DNA of 64,000 nt from Neodothiora populina (GCF_041146345.1 NW_027191408.1:1240001-1304000); one strand, 5' to 3'; shown: positions 36,444 to 49,385, numbered from the stretch's first letter. Made by a program: numbers and translations. The notes: a model not told the origin generated them from the sequence alone.

Positions 36444-39400
36444 ATGCCTCCTGCCCACGAGCAGACCAAGACGACTTTTGTACATGGGCAAGATCCTGTT
36501 CTCACATCGGCGCTGAAGCATCTCGGACCCGAGTCCTACACGGCGCATAGACTAGTGTGTCTGCCTTTTCCTGTTGTTGATTGTCTTCGAGAGCAGCTTA
36601 TATTGAGACGATACATCGCAATCTAGCAACACGCCACTTCCGAGCATCTGTACCTGACGACTCGTCGCTGTTTCATAGGACCGATCCCCGAAGGCTGGTT
36701 AAAGAGCCACCGCAAAGAATGGTATACACATCACCTGCAGATCCATCGTGGTGACAAGGCGCCGTCCTTCAACGCCTGTGCAAATCAAGGTCGCCATCGA
36801 AGGCTCACGGGACTCGACGGTCCCAGTGCCTCGGCTGCTTTTCGCGCCAGCTTCCCTCAGCCAGACAATGCAGAAGAGGACCATGCAGATGACGGCGGAC
36901 AACACGAACCCACAGGACGCGACAACAGCGACACAGAAGACTACGACGACGACGACGACGACGACGATGTGGCCACGATAAGACCGATATCTACAATCGA
37001 AGAGGCCGATCCTCACGCCGAAGCGACCTTGGACACTCCGCCTGCTCTGGATGTTCCGAGGAGTGCGCCAGAAGGGGAAGACGAGACCTTACGGAGAGAG
37101 TCTGGCCCGGACGCGGAAGCCGCTGTGAATTCCTACTCTACAGCAAAGACCATCCAGTCGCCCGCCAGCTCGACACCGCATGCGAGAAATGCTTCTTACC
37201 AGTCGCAGGCCAGTCAAGCCACTTCCACCCAGAGTCAGCAGCCGACTCTCGACTCAACAACGTCCTACGAGACCGCTTCCGAAGGTTCAGGCATCATCAT
37301 CGATGAACCAGGTGCTCCGACAACTCCCACACAACTTAGCCAGGCTGGACCTGTCAAGGAACAAGGAGAAGACGATGGGGAAGACGGAGGCATGGAAACT
37401 CCCCGTCCCCGTGGCTCTCCCGATCCAGACCCTTTCAGTGACGACCGATATCTGGCGACACCTGGAAATGGTAGCGATTCCCTGACTTCGCAATCGCCCC
37501 TCATCCGAGCAACGACCAGTCACCCGCCGCCATCGATAGATGTGAACTTGGCGAACACTGGTGGAGACAATGGCCAGACAGACTCTGAAGCCCCGCCTCA
37601 GCCTGCTGTCCCCAAACATTCGCCCGGTGTCGTCCATTTCGCTGAGCCCGAAATCCTGCCAACGAACCGCGAGCTCCAGGTCAGGGCCAGGCTGGTGCAG
37701 TCCGCCCACAAGAAGATAACTAGACGATTCACTCGAGGAAAATTGAGAGACGGAGAAATAGTCAAGATGGAAAAGATGCTCGTCAAGATCGACATCACCA
37801 CTGGGTCTGAGCAGCCGAGCGAAGACTATGACGAAAAGGACAGTCAGCGTGTGGAGACACGCGCGGTGGAAAAATGGCGAGAGTTCATGGTCGTCTGCAG
37901 AGAGTGTCACGACGAAGACGCTGTCCTGTGTCTCGAGATGTACAAGACCAGAGTCATTCCAGCTTCTAACAAGAACAAGACGAAAAAGCGCTTTGCACAC
38001 GAGATAAAGCTCTCTCCCACCAACGTCAACGTCAATCTATACTCTTCCCTCGACAAAACCCTTGTACTCTGGCGACCGAAAGGACCACGCACCTCTATTT
38101 GTTTTCTTCGGCCACGCTCAGGCGCAAGTGCTGTCGAGTGGTTCACATTTCTCAGAGGCGTATTGGGCCACGAGCGCCCTCAAACGCTGCAAGTCAACAT
38201 TCCAAATCTAGACGTCAGTGTCAGGATCAGCAATCCCTTTGCACGCTTCGAGTCTGCTCAGCATGTTGCGGACGCCGCCGACGGGGACGAAGCCGCCATG
38301 GTGAGGACGATGAAAGAGGAACAAGCCATTGCCGGGAGGATCATCCAGCAATGTATGGATCTGCTCGTCCAGTCTGGTGATTGGAACCATATTTTACCGG
38401 AATGGATCAAGAAGAACCGCGTCGGACTGGCCTGGAGACGCTACGATCGCATCGAATGGATCCATGGAGCACACGAACGTAAAATGTATGGCTCTCTGGC
38501 CATGCAGAGGACCCACGAGCTTGAGTTGCGGCCGAAGGAGCACTACCCAACACTCATCAGACCAATGGGAGCAGGTGGTGACCCGATGCCCGAACCCGCT
38601 CCAGTAGAAGGGTTTCTTATTCGCTTGACATCCCAGAAAGGCAACGAACAGAAGATAGGCAAGCTTTTCTACAAGCGTCTTTATTTTACAACCCACGACC
38701 GCTACCTCCTCTTCTCACGACCTGCCAAAGCTGCACCCCCGCCTCCGCCCAAGATGCCTATGCAGACCGAGTCTCGAATCCCGACAGCCAAACAGATTGC
38801 AGACAAGATCCCGCTGATCTTCGCGGTGAACCCTTATCCGCTTCACGACGAAAAGATCTCCTGGTTGGATCCTGCTAATGACGATCCGGCGTCGATGGCA
38901 GCACATGATCAAGACGCATGTGACGAGGCATCACGTAACGTAAAGGCATTGTTGAACTGCGATGGCTTCATCGACCTGTGTGATGTCATGAAGGTCCGAA
39001 AGATCAAGCATGGAGCTACGCCAGCGGATGACAATATCGAGTCTGGCTCAGATGTAGACTTTGACCAGAGCGTGGATGACTCTCACCACGACGATGGTAC
39101 TACGACTGAACCAGACAGCGACCGGACTTTCGAATTGGTCTTGCGTAATGGTCTCGTTGTGCGTCTGCAGGCTTTCAGCAAAGCCACCAGAAAGGAATGG
39201 ATGAAGCGACTCCGAGCATTGGTGACTTATTGGTCCATTCGTATCACAAACGACCTCGACACTTTCAAGGCTGTACGTCGCCAGAACCTCGCCACCCTCA
39301 ACATCGACGAACGCGCCGAAGCCTATATTGGACAATTCGCTCGTAAATGGGAAGTGGTAAAGTCGTTTGCCTCGCCCGAGTTGTATAACGTCTGCGGCAT

Positions 39401-40076
39401 CTCGTCTTGCCGCGCAATTCACCGGTCGGGCATTCTGTTTCGCAAACCACGCATCCACGCCACTTTCACGCGCTGCCATGTGATTTTGTGTCATGGCCAT
39501 TTGGTGATTTTCGAGGACACGCTTCGCCGCGTGACCGGCAAGAAACTCGTCCATGTGCATCACGAGAGAATAGCATGTATAGACCTGCGCGACTGTTATC
39601 TCTATTCAGGACTCATCACCGAACCCGACCTGCTCTATCACAATCAGACGTTCGACAACAACATGCCCGGACATCACGCACTTCCGAGACTGTACGTCGA
39701 AGACAATTGGACCTCTAGCGACGAAGACACCATGACTACCTTCGTCATATGGCACTCGAGACGGAAAGGCTGGTTTAGGTCGAGCAAAGACCAAGACGAC
39801 GTCAAAGAGAACAGGAAACGGGACAAGAGGAAGAAGCAAAAGTCCGCCGCCGCAACCAGCGACACTGAAGGAGATGATGACGGCAAGAGTAATGGACTTG
39901 GCAGCAGACTCAAACGCGTCAGCCAGCTGGGTGTGCCGGGCAGGAGTGTCGTGTTCAAAGCGCGCAGTCGAGCCGAGCGAGATCATTGGGTCATGGGCAT
40001 CAGCAATGAGATTGAACGTGTTGTTCAAGCCGAGGATGTGCGGGTTGTGGGTGCTGATGGAGATGACAGTTGGTGA
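36444..40076 (+). CDS. SPO71: Spo71/Mug56-like multi-PH-domain sporulation protein; exons 36444-36554, 36627-40076
   Basis: SYTAHRL/QHATSEHLYLTTRRCFIGPIPEGW, EIVKMEKMLV, GLAWRRYDRIEW, EPAPVEGFLIRLT, DCYLYSG, VFKARSRAERDHWV. Confidence 0.88.
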
Positions 40077-40821
40077 AGTTTTCCATTGCTTCTTGCATCA
40101 TATTCTTTTTCTGTTTTCTTGTTTCGCTGCACTCGTTTACGTTGATCGTGTGCGTGTGTGTTTGCATATACCCCCCCCCCCCCCCCTCCCTCTTCTCGCA
40201 CACTCACAACTGGCTTCTCCCCACATACGCGTTCACATTGATATTTATTTTATCTAATCACTATTACTCTGATCCATTCAATTATTTCAATCCAATCCAG
40301 TGCGTGATACCATCCACAACAAGAACAAATATGTATTTATAGAGAAAGAGAAAGCACACGACTAGTAGACGAAGAGTCAGCCCAAACACGGCTGCAACAG
40401 TGTATAGGCGCGCAAAAAACACATTTAGATCATGAACATATATGAATATGTAAGATGGGGTATATACAGCTAGGTATGTATGTCTAGATAGAAAGACCCA
40501 ATCGAGCCTCAAGGTAAGCCTACCTTATGCTTATTGTTCTTTCCTCTCTCTCGTCTTTCCCCTCCTGCTGCCTCTGATCTGTGTCAGCCGACGGTGTTCA
40601 GATCAGAGTTCGACCATGTTCGCTTGAGTCCTTCCTCTTGGCTCTGAAGCAGGCTCGTCCCAGCCCCATCATAGCCCAAGATCCTCGCCTTCCGTCCACT
40701 GCAGCAAAACCCCCGACTCCAACGCCGACGCTCCCGAAACCCCGAAACCCCAGCAGATACCAACGCGCGCATAAAACCAGAAAAAGAAAAAAAAAGTGTC
40801 ACGATCGAGTCCTCTGTGGCT

Positions 40822-41169
40822 CTACTGCGGAAACATGGCGATGGAATTCAGCACCCACTCGTCTCCTCTCGTGAACGAGGGATCGAAGAAGAGCGAAAGA
40901 GACCATCTCGTCGATTTGCCGCCTGTCGGCTTCGTGGTTGGTCTCGCTGTCGTCGGTGTCGGCTGGGCTGTGGACTGAGATGCAGAAGCAGGAGAAGTGG
41001 AGAAAGCACTCGATGCTTTCGATATGAGAACGAATGGCATCAGTAGAGAGGGAAGAGATGGGAGTGTGTGAGGTAGATTTATTGGTTGGCCGCTTGCGGT
41101 CGTGAAGTAGGGCCAGATCATAGAAGAGGAGGAGGAGGAGGAGGAGGAGGAGCGGCGTGGGGATGCCAT
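40822..41169 (-). CDS. Possible small orphan protein (115 aa, poly-Ser)
   Basis: ATG-initiated ORF in an A-rich context with TATATATA about 270 nt upstream. No recognisable domain; poly-Ser comes from a trinucleotide repeat. Confidence 0.3.
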   Translation of the reverse strand: MASPRRSSSSSSSSSSMIWPYFTTASGQPINLPHTLPSLPSLLMPFVLISKASSAFSTSPASASQSTAQPTPTTARPTTKPTGGKSTRWSLSLFFDPSFTRGDEWVLNSIAMFPQ

Positions 41170-43045
41170 TTATTGCTTTTTCCTGGTCTGGATTCCCTTG
41201 AATATGGGTTGTGATGCGTTGACCTGCTTGCTTTGTTGTGGTTGTGTGTGGGATTTTGGATGTTCGAGTGTTGGTGGACTCGATGGAATGGTCTGTTGCT
41301 TGTACAGTGTTTTGGTCTATGGCTTTTATCGAGTTGTGTTAAACGATGAATTGACTCAAGACTTCACTGTCTATCTGTGGAGATACCGATGAGGATGAAA
41401 CAAAGTCCAGGACAGAAAGACGAGAACTCTCAAGCCACCATATATATACGCCTCTCCATCCGCTATATCCCTCTTCAATAGTCTGCTCCAATTCTGTTTT
41501 CTGTTCTGCTGTACCAAAGCATACCTTACCACTCTAGCGAAACCCTCCCGGAAGCTTAATCCCAGGTTCTGCTAGGGGAGTGATTCAGAAATCCGAGACA
41601 TTCGTCGTTGGGACTGACATGTGACTTGCGCGCACGCTAGGATGGCATGGCACAGACACGTGCTTGAACATGTTCTCTTTTCTGTTTGTCTCTCGTTACT
41701 TATAGTAGGGCAGGCAGGTACTGATAGATACAAGACAAGTACACGCAGTAGACAGTTTTCGAACATGATTACGCCGTATACGACCCTAACCCTTGGCTAT
41801 ACTACGTATGACAGACACTGCAGCACTTCGAGAAAAGGCACAGAGCCAGCAATAGAACTCCAGCTAGAGTAAAGACCTGAAATAGCCCCAACCGCACGCC
41901 GACGAACCCCCTCCTGGACCCATCCATCTCCTAGATCTTATTCCCATAAGTTACCTCAGGTAATGCTAGCTAGCTGTCCTACAGTCACAGTTTGGAAATC
42001 TAGAACCCAAAACGTCGCCGCAACGGGTTTTCGTTCCTACTAACCGTTCTTGGTCGACGTTGAGCGTTTCGTCTGCATTCTGGCCTTGTCTGCTCCTTTC
42101 TTCCCGGTGTGCTCTGACTTGCTGTCTTGAAGCCATACACAGACAGGATTTCACTGAGCTTTCTGGAAATCGGGAAAGGTGAGGTGGGCTGTAGAGTAGT
42201 GGTTATGGTTCTTGTGGGAATGGCATGTAACAACGCTAGTTTCGTGGCGCAAGGATGTTGCTTCGGTTGTAGTAGTTGTTGCCTTGGGGGCTTAGGGTTT
42301 GGTTGTGGTTTTGCTGCAAGAAAGAAGGAATGGCCTGATGTTGAGATATAGAGAGAAGACGTACTGAGGCGGCCTTCTCACGTACAGGCAAGACCTGCTC
42401 GATACAGACGAGGCAGAGAATCGTGTAGTCGTATAGTAGCACAGTGCCTAGGGGCAGATGTAATCTGGAAGCAAATACTGCTAATACCGTTGATCACGGG
42501 TCTCCGATGCCATCTCATAGCAGAAGAAGCGAGCCTCAGCTCAATCGTTCTCTCATGACAACACTACATCCCTGGTGGCTAGCCTGCACCTATCTTGACA
42601 GGAACCCAAGAATACAACACCACCCCTGCGGTACAAGAGACCGAAGCAAAAGCCACAGAGTAGCATGATGCTAGGCTACTACAGTATCCCAGTGGCTGGA
42701 GCTGGGAAACGAACCATACACGATCGCATCCATCTTCTGGTCCAAGACATTACAGTATTTCACCTTGCCTTGCCTTCACGTTCACGATCGCCAAAGCAGC
42801 AGGCAAACACGCTTGTCTCAGTCCGATCGGGCCGCTAGTGAGTCTAGCGCCATGTACTCCACACGAACGCTAAACCGAAGAGAGAAAGACAAAGAAGCGC
42901 CAAGGATGGATATACAGTACAGCATCGGTCTCGACTTCGATGGCGGCATTAACGGCAGCAGCAGCAATAGACAGACGGCAGAAAACATCAGCTCAATACT
43001 GCTTTGACAATCGTTGTTGGCTTCGGGCGAAGAGAAGCAAGGAAA

Positions 43046-44170
43046 ATGAAGAGATCCATCCTCGCCGCCGTGGCAGCGACTCCCTCCCTCGCCTCCGTAA
43101 TCCACACCACCTCAAGAAACAACTACCCAGCTTCATCTTCAGCTTTAACATCAGTCTCAGCCTCCTCAACACCCTTACCTCTCCTGATATGGCACGGCCT
43201 AGGCGACCGCTACGATGCAGACGGCATCCAAGAAGTCGCAGCGCTAGCCAACAGAACAAACCCGGGCACCTACGTCTATCCGATCCGTCTGGCCGAGGAC
43301 GGCAGCTCAGACAGCAGAGCCACGTTCTTCGGCAACATGAGCGAGTACATTGAACAAGTGTGCAATGACCTGTCCGAGAATCCCAAGCTTCTCTTCTCAC
43401 AAGACGGCACGAAAGAGCCGAAGAAGACAATAAAGGCAAACGCCCTCGGCTTTTCCCAAGGCGGCCAATTCCTGCGTGCCCTGCACCAGCGCTGTCCGAT
43501 CCTGCACCTCTCGACCCTCATGACTTTCGGCTCGCAGCACTCGGGCATCAACCAGTTCCAGGCGTGCGCGCCGCTGGATTTCCTCTGCAAAGGCGCGCTG
43601 TCGGCTGCCAAGTCGAATGCTTTCAGTGCGTGGGCGCAGAGCCATGTCGTGCCGGCGCAGTATTATCGCACGATAAACGAGACGACGGGAGAGGCTAGTG
43701 ATGAATTTTTGGAGGGGAGCAGGTTTCTCGCTGATGTCAATAATGAGAGAGCGTTGAAGAGTCAGGTGTACAAGGATAAGATTGCGGGCTTGGATAGGTT
43801 CGTCATGTATGTTTTCGAAAACGACACGACCGTCTTGCCAAAGGAGAGTGGGTGGTTCGCAGAGGTCAATGTGACGGACAATAAAGTCACGCCGTTGAGG
43901 CAGAGGAAGCTGTATACCGAGGATTGGCTGGGATTGAAGACGTTGGATGAGAAGAAAAAAGATGCCTTGGTGTTTAGGACTGTGCCTGGCGGTCATATGA
44001 ATATCGATGAGGACATGCTCGAGAGCGCGTTCAAGGAGTTCTTTGGGGCGAAGAAAGAGGATGAGGATGAGGATGAGGATGAGGATGAAAAGTGGAAGGA
44101 GCAAGTGCATGATCAAGAAGCTTCGGAAAGGGTTCATCTGACAACCCAAGAGCAACAGATATTGAGGTAG
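43046..44170 (+). CDS. Palmitoyl-protein thioesterase 1-like, secreted or vacuolar
   Basis: Signal peptide; PLLIWHGLGD, ALGFSQGGQFLRA (nucleophile Ser), TFGSQHSGI, VVPAQYYR, DTTVLPKES, GGHM. Confidence 0.92.
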   Translation: MKRSILAAVAATPSLASVIHTTSRNNYPASSSALTSVSASSTPLPLLIWHGLGDRYDADGIQEVAALANRTNPGTYVYPIRLAEDGSSDSRATFFGNMSEYIEQVCNDLSENPKLLFSQDGTKEPKKTIKANALGFSQGGQFLRALHQRCPILHLSTLMTFGSQHSGINQFQACAPLDFLCKGALSAAKSNAFSAWAQSHVVPAQYYRTINETTGEASDEFLEGSRFLADVNNERALKSQVYKDKIAGLDRFVMYVFENDTTVLPKESGWFAEVNVTDNKVTPLRQRKLYTEDWLGLKTLDEKKKDALVFRTVPGGHMNIDEDMLESAFKEFFGAKKEDEDEDEDEDEKWKEQVHDQEASERVHLTTQEQQILR

Positions 44171-44771
44171 ACAGACACCTCTCCTGGCCTTTGTAGTCTG
44201 ACCATCTGTACTTTTACTGTTTTATCAATTCAATGACATGATGCCCCTGGTTGTCGACATTAGTACTAGTCAGCTTTACCTGCATCACTCTGTTGATCTG
44301 TAGACGCATCTGCTGTCAATTTACTGGTAATTATCACAGGAAGACCATCACAAGAAGACGAGACACGAGAAGAACCCAAAAAGATGCAAGCCGACGTAAG
44401 GCCCGTGACAAGGCATTCCCCCACTTCCCACGACTTCTTTCTTCTCCCTTTCTTCTTTTTCTCGATGAGGTAATAGAGAAGGAAAAAGAAAAGAGAGTCG
44501 CGGGCCGTCCCCAAAGGAGACAAGTTTGTAGGTGAAAGGAAAAAAAAAGCCCGAAACCAAGCGATGCTTGAGGTAGTGATATTGTGTTTCTTCTTTCCGT
44601 TGCTGCTGTTAGACCCAAGAGATCGAACCCGAACATCCCCTCCTCTTTTTGACCTTGACGTCCAATGCTCATACTATACCACAGTGCACAAAGAAAACCC
44701 AAACGCCGTGCAAATGCCATGACATGTCGTACACGCGATACAACCAAAATCGGCTTTTGTGTATGCAAAGA

Positions 44772-46022
44772 CTAAGAAGAGGCGGCGACGGCAGCCTTGG
44801 ACTTTTGCAGAAGAGCTTCCTTCTGAGCCTTCTTGGCCGCCTTGGCCTGGCTGGCCTCGGCCTTTGCCTCCTTCTTCTTCTTGGCCTCGACCTCATCGAG
44901 AGGCACGTCGGCGATGCTCTTTTGCTTCTTTGAGGAGGTGGTTTCGTCCTTCAACTCGGTGGCCTCGGCGAGAGCGCTTCTCTTTCTCTTCTTCTTGTCC
45001 TTCTTGGCCTCCTTGATGACGGCAATAGGCTCGTGGTCGAGCACGTCGGCCTCGTCCTCCCACAGCTCACTCGTCTTCCAGATGGGCAGAGATGCAGTGT
45101 GTGTGCCCTTGACGTCCAGGCTCTTGAGTCCTCTCCATCCCTTGGTGATGAAGCGGTCGGTGACTTCCTTGATGACAAACTCGATGTTCTCGGCGAGCTC
45201 CTCGGGCTTCATGCCGCTGTTGCCCACGACGACACTGGCGTTGGTGCTGGCGTTCAGAGGGAAAGTGGTGGCGCCAATGGCACGAGAGATGGTCTTGGCT
45301 GCAGACTCGGGGCCAATGTCGGAGCGCACGACCTTGTTGCCGCCGTCTGCCAGCTTCTGACGCTTGTTGCCCTGCTCGTCGCGGTCGTTCTCACGGCGGC
45401 CCTGCAGGTTGATGGGGATGGGTCTCGTCTTGGTGGCGTGGTAGAAGTCGTCTCCGAGAATCGACGACAAGCGGGTGACGACGCGGTCGTCTGCGAGAAA
45501 GACCTGGTAGTCGTTGGCGAGTTGACGTCGCTTCTCAAACGACTTGCCGTAGTGTTTGGCCAAGCTCTTGATGCCAATGACATTCTTCTTCTGCTCTCTC
45601 GACATGGAAGCGTCCACCTCGTCGACGGGGTTGGTGAGACGATCACGGAGCGAGGCAGGGAAGCGCTCGTCCTTGATGATTGAATCGTACTTCTCGGCGG
45701 GATCCGCGGTGATGAGAACGACACTGATCTCCTCGTCGTTGACGTCGCGGATGGGGTGAGGCACGTAGATCTTGCGCGGCTTCAGGCTCTTCTCCTTGGC
45801 CATGTGCTTCTTGGTGGAGATCTCGAGACGGACATCCTGGACCTGGTTGTCGTCCTCGTCGGCCAACAGATCTTGCTTGCCGGACTCGGTCTTCTTGCTC
45901 TTTGTCGACAGTTCGCCAGACTGGATCTTCTTGACCAGCGCTCTCGTGTTACGCTGCAGTAATTGGGAGTCGATCTTGTAGGGCGAGCTACTCGTAGCCA
46001 CGGCAGTGGTTGTAGGTGCCAT
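44772..46022 (-). CDS. Ribosomal L1 domain-containing ribosome biogenesis protein (Utp30/Cic1 family)
   Basis: LKPRKIYVPHP, LITADP, FEKRRQLANDYQVFLADDRV, ELAENI, SLPIW; Lys-rich tail. Confidence 0.85.
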   Translation of the reverse strand: MAPTTTAVATSSSPYKIDSQLLQRNTRALVKKIQSGELSTKSKKTESGKQDLLADEDDNQVQDVRLEISTKKHMAKEKSLKPRKIYVPHPIRDVNDEEISVVLITADPAEKYDSIIKDERFPASLRDRLTNPVDEVDASMSREQKKNVIGIKSLAKHYGKSFEKRRQLANDYQVFLADDRVVTRLSSILGDDFYHATKTRPIPINLQGRRENDRDEQGNKRQKLADGGNKVVRSDIGPESAAKTISRAIGATTFPLNASTNASVVVGNSGMKPEELAENIEFVIKEVTDRFITKGWRGLKSLDVKGTHTASLPIWKTSELWEDEADVLDHEPIAVIKEAKKDKKKRKRSALAEATELKDETTSSKKQKSIADVPLDEVEAKKKKEAKAEASQAKAAKKAQKEALLQKSKAAVAASS

Positions 46023-46721
46023 CTTTTTGTTGTTTTTGTCTATTCTCTCTGACGGAACGATGGATGTGAAAAATTTGAATACAAGGGGATGGATTTTCGT
46101 AAAGGCAGGAAGAAAAGATGGACGGGAAGGTGCACGAATCCTCAATCGGGAAAAGCTGGGGTACTTTCCCTGTTCGGAATGGCTGGAAATGAATTCTCAC
46201 TTTGCATCTTGGCGCCAAGCTGTCTTATGCTTGCTGGGAAAGGGAAGCTAAGGTATACTGCATACGAGGTATACCTCGTGCCGACATGTACTGTAGTAGC
46301 AAATGACCAATAGACGGACAATCGAAGGCTTCGATGTATATGTGTGCTGTGATCCGAGCAATCATTTTTCGGCCGTCAAGTAGAGGAAGAAACATACTAT
46401 TTATCAGTACCCAGCTCTCTCTTTATACAGGCCGTCTAGATGCAGCATTGGAATATCCCTGCCCTGTCCATTGTCTTCAAGAGCGATGTGGTATCAGGGA
46501 GAAAAGTACAACTCTAGTAAGTGAAGAAAAGAAATGAAAGAAAAGAAACAAATGCGCTCTGCGCCGTGACGTTATTCCCGCTCTGACATCAGAGTTATAC
46601 ACTTTTCGAGTATCTCTGCCTCAATCGTAAGTGAAGTGTCGAGCATTGTAGATCGTTGTAGTCCGTCCTGATCAAGGGGACAAAAAAGTGAGATGAAGTC
46701 CTGATGCACAACAATTCGGCC

Positions 46722-49385
46722 TCAGTGTACTTTAACCCCTGCTTTGGAAGGTACAGGAGGCGGGTTGGGCAATGATGGCAAACCCCTGGTTGGTGGCGGG
46801 GCAGGCGGTGCGAGTCCAATAACCGGGATCCCCAGATCCAAAGCAGGCAGACCCGGTGATTCACTCCTTGTCTTCGAACCTGCCCTGCCACTGAAGTGCC
46901 CTTGCCGTGGTAGCTTCCTAGACGGCGGCGGTAGAGCTGGTAGAGGCGGCAGAGCAGTCATATTCGACCTCTCTCGAATCGGAGTCTTAGGTCTCGGCCC
47001 TGGTGATGCCGAACGCATAGATGATGCTGATGACCTCGGAGCTGTGGTGTTCGCTACTCCTGGGTGGAGGAATGCATTGCCCACAAGATTGCTCGTCGGC
47101 GTCGTGAATTTGTACTCTGAGGAGACGCGTTCCATTCTCACGTTCGAGTCATTTGTCGGACTACTTGCCATTGCGCTGGCGCTGCGAAGGGAGGGTACAC
47201 TTCCAGATGGATGCACTGCCAATCTGCTTGGGTGGTTGAAACCGCTACTGCCGTTGCCGTTGCCACTACCACTACCAGTACCACTACTTCCGACCCGGAC
47301 CGAAGACAGAAAAGGGACAGGGTCCGAATGCACTTGAAGGCTCGCAGGTCGTCGGAGCGATCGAGACGGCTCTTTAGTCACAGTCGCCGAGCGAGTAGGT
47401 CTGGTCGGATTGTACACACCCGGCGCAGCTGCTGGGAACAGCGAGAGTTTGACTGATGGCGTCCTATGTGGGTGATGCTTCCAGGTCGAACTACCCTCCA
47501 CAGACTTCACGATTGGAGACTCGATTAGATCAGATTCATCCTTACTTTGCCCAGCCGTATTAATCTTGAGTGGTACTGTGAACGGCTTTATCGTTGGACG
47601 TCTTGGGTTGTTGGGATCAGAAGTGCGTAATGGCTTCAATCTTGGGTCCATATGTTTTACGTCCACGGCACGCCTAGAGATTGTGTATGGAGTCGTGACT
47701 GCATGGTCCGCTGCACGAGCCATCCGGAAAGAAGGAAGTTCGGTAATAATCGAGTCCGGCCTGATTCCTCCATAATCTTGTGCCACAGATACCTTGTCGG
47801 CTTCAGACACTATTGCCAATGGCTTTTCTAGAGCGGTCGCGGTGTTACTGCCAGTGGGGCTCGAATCCTCCCTTGCCGGTTGGTGAGGTGGATGGGTCAT
47901 TCCCTCCGGTATAGTCGGTTTAATCTTGAATGGAAAGTGTTTCTGCATCGGCTCTGCGCCACCGATCCCGCTGTCCATTGGTCCCGCCATTGGCGAGTCT
48001 CGAGGTGTCGCACTGTTCATCGATGCTTTGCTAGATCTTGGCCGCAGCTCTAAACTCTGTCTCGTCGAAGATATGACAGGCGATACCATTGATGTGGCTT
48101 CTACTGGAGACAACGCGCTGGACGCTATCGAGTGACTCAATCCTTGCGCTGTCTCGCCAGATGCATCTGCCTTGATAGACTCGTGGGGAGCAATCTCTTC
48201 TACCTCCAATACCGTCGACGGCGAATGACCTTGAGGAAGTCTGAAGAAGTTGGGCTCGCGTAGTGCATGCTCACTCGTTTCCGGGCTTGAATCAATACCT
48301 GCGACATCGATCCCAGGCGCCGAGGCGACTTGGCTCGCGTTCCCACCAAGGCCTTGAATCTTCTTTCGAACAGCGACCAACCACTCGTCCAACTCCTGTG
48401 CATCTCGGAGCACAAGAAGAAGATGTGTAGCCTCCGTCCGCGAGCTTCGCAGACCCATCTTCGAGAACAAAGATATGGATGCCGGCGCAGCCTCCATTGC
48501 AGCGGTGGTTCGGGCAACTTGAAGTACAAAAGGCTCTCCGGGCACCAAGTCGCATGCGCACGCAACCGACTCCTTGCCAAGTTGGAGCACTTTCTCAGGC
48601 AATCTCTCACTTGTTCCTTGATCGGCATACTGAAGCAAGTGGCCTGATGTTGTCAACGCGAAGATCTTCTTGGGGAGATTTGTATGCTGGATGGCGCCAA
48701 TGGACCCATTCCGATGTGGCTTGTCGATCCGAAAAGTTAGATCGTGTGAATCTCTCCGCCGACGTGAAGCTTGAAGTAATGCAAACCCATCTACGCTCTG
48801 AGCTTTGCATGCTTTGACTGACTGCGCATAGGCCTGAAAGAGAGGTGGTGGCACGAAGTTGTTGTTGTCACGTCGTGTTTGTCGGGTGAGTCCCCTCTCT
48901 GCCCCTCGATCGTCTCGTGGAGATCCAGTAAAGTCGCCCTCTCGGAAAGACACGCCGGTACCTGACCGTGGTGTTGCAGGCTGTGATCTGTTTAGTGAGA
49001 GAGTCTGCCTCAGCCTTGAATCGGGGCTGGCTGATCTCGACGTGGACTTCTCGAGGGGAGAAAGATCCAGTCCAGGCTCGGCATAACCCCGAAGCCTCTC
49101 AACCTTCGGCCGGCTGAAGAGGCTAAACAGCGACATCTTCGAGCTTGTCTTTCTAGGCCGCTGTTCCATGAAGTCCTGCGGGGTATTGCGACCTGAAGCC
49201 GTCCCTGTTCCTGATCTCATGTGGCTGTCCACAGGGTGCAAACCCAGTGGTAGCATTGGTCCTGGTCCTGGTTGACCCCTGATAGGAGGCAACGGCTTAT
49301 CGTCGAAGGCGGTCATGATTGGGGGTAGTTCTTTCATAGAACCAAGTTTTGGGACATCATTAACGGCGATAGCTTGCAGGGTCAT
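46722..49385 (-). CDS. Fungal PH-domain protein with long Pro/Ser-rich disordered regions
   Basis: 887-aa ORF; PPPLFQAYAQSVK then KKIFALTTSGHLLQY..RLPEKVLQL..ELDEWLVAVRK (PH-like); C-terminal PPAPPPTRGLP. Confidence 0.8.
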   Translation of the reverse strand: MTLQAIAVNDVPKLGSMKELPPIMTAFDDKPLPPIRGQPGPGPMLPLGLHPVDSHMRSGTGTASGRNTPQDFMEQRPRKTSSKMSLFSLFSRPKVERLRGYAEPGLDLSPLEKSTSRSASPDSRLRQTLSLNRSQPATPRSGTGVSFREGDFTGSPRDDRGAERGLTRQTRRDNNNFVPPPLFQAYAQSVKACKAQSVDGFALLQASRRRRDSHDLTFRIDKPHRNGSIGAIQHTNLPKKIFALTTSGHLLQYADQGTSERLPEKVLQLGKESVACACDLVPGEPFVLQVARTTAAMEAAPASISLFSKMGLRSSRTEATHLLLVLRDAQELDEWLVAVRKKIQGLGGNASQVASAPGIDVAGIDSSPETSEHALREPNFFRLPQGHSPSTVLEVEEIAPHESIKADASGETAQGLSHSIASSALSPVEATSMVSPVISSTRQSLELRPRSSKASMNSATPRDSPMAGPMDSGIGGAEPMQKHFPFKIKPTIPEGMTHPPHQPAREDSSPTGSNTATALEKPLAIVSEADKVSVAQDYGGIRPDSIITELPSFRMARAADHAVTTPYTISRRAVDVKHMDPRLKPLRTSDPNNPRRPTIKPFTVPLKINTAGQSKDESDLIESPIVKSVEGSSTWKHHPHRTPSVKLSLFPAAAPGVYNPTRPTRSATVTKEPSRSLRRPASLQVHSDPVPFLSSVRVGSSGTGSGSGNGNGSSGFNHPSRLAVHPSGSVPSLRSASAMASSPTNDSNVRMERVSSEYKFTTPTSNLVGNAFLHPGVANTTAPRSSASSMRSASPGPRPKTPIRERSNMTALPPLPALPPPSRKLPRQGHFSGRAGSKTRSESPGLPALDLGIPVIGLAPPAPPPTRGLPSLPNPPPVPSKAGVKVH

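Noticed and set aside
41782..42044. Telomerase RNA candidate: ACCCTAACCCT, ATAAGT (41946) and TACTAAC (42038)
   Set aside because: An 11-mer telomeric match is expected about 0.2 times by chance in 64 kb. The ~160 nt from template to ATAAGT is too short for a pseudoknot plus CR4/5, and TACTAAC is equally explained as a minus-strand GTTAGT donor.
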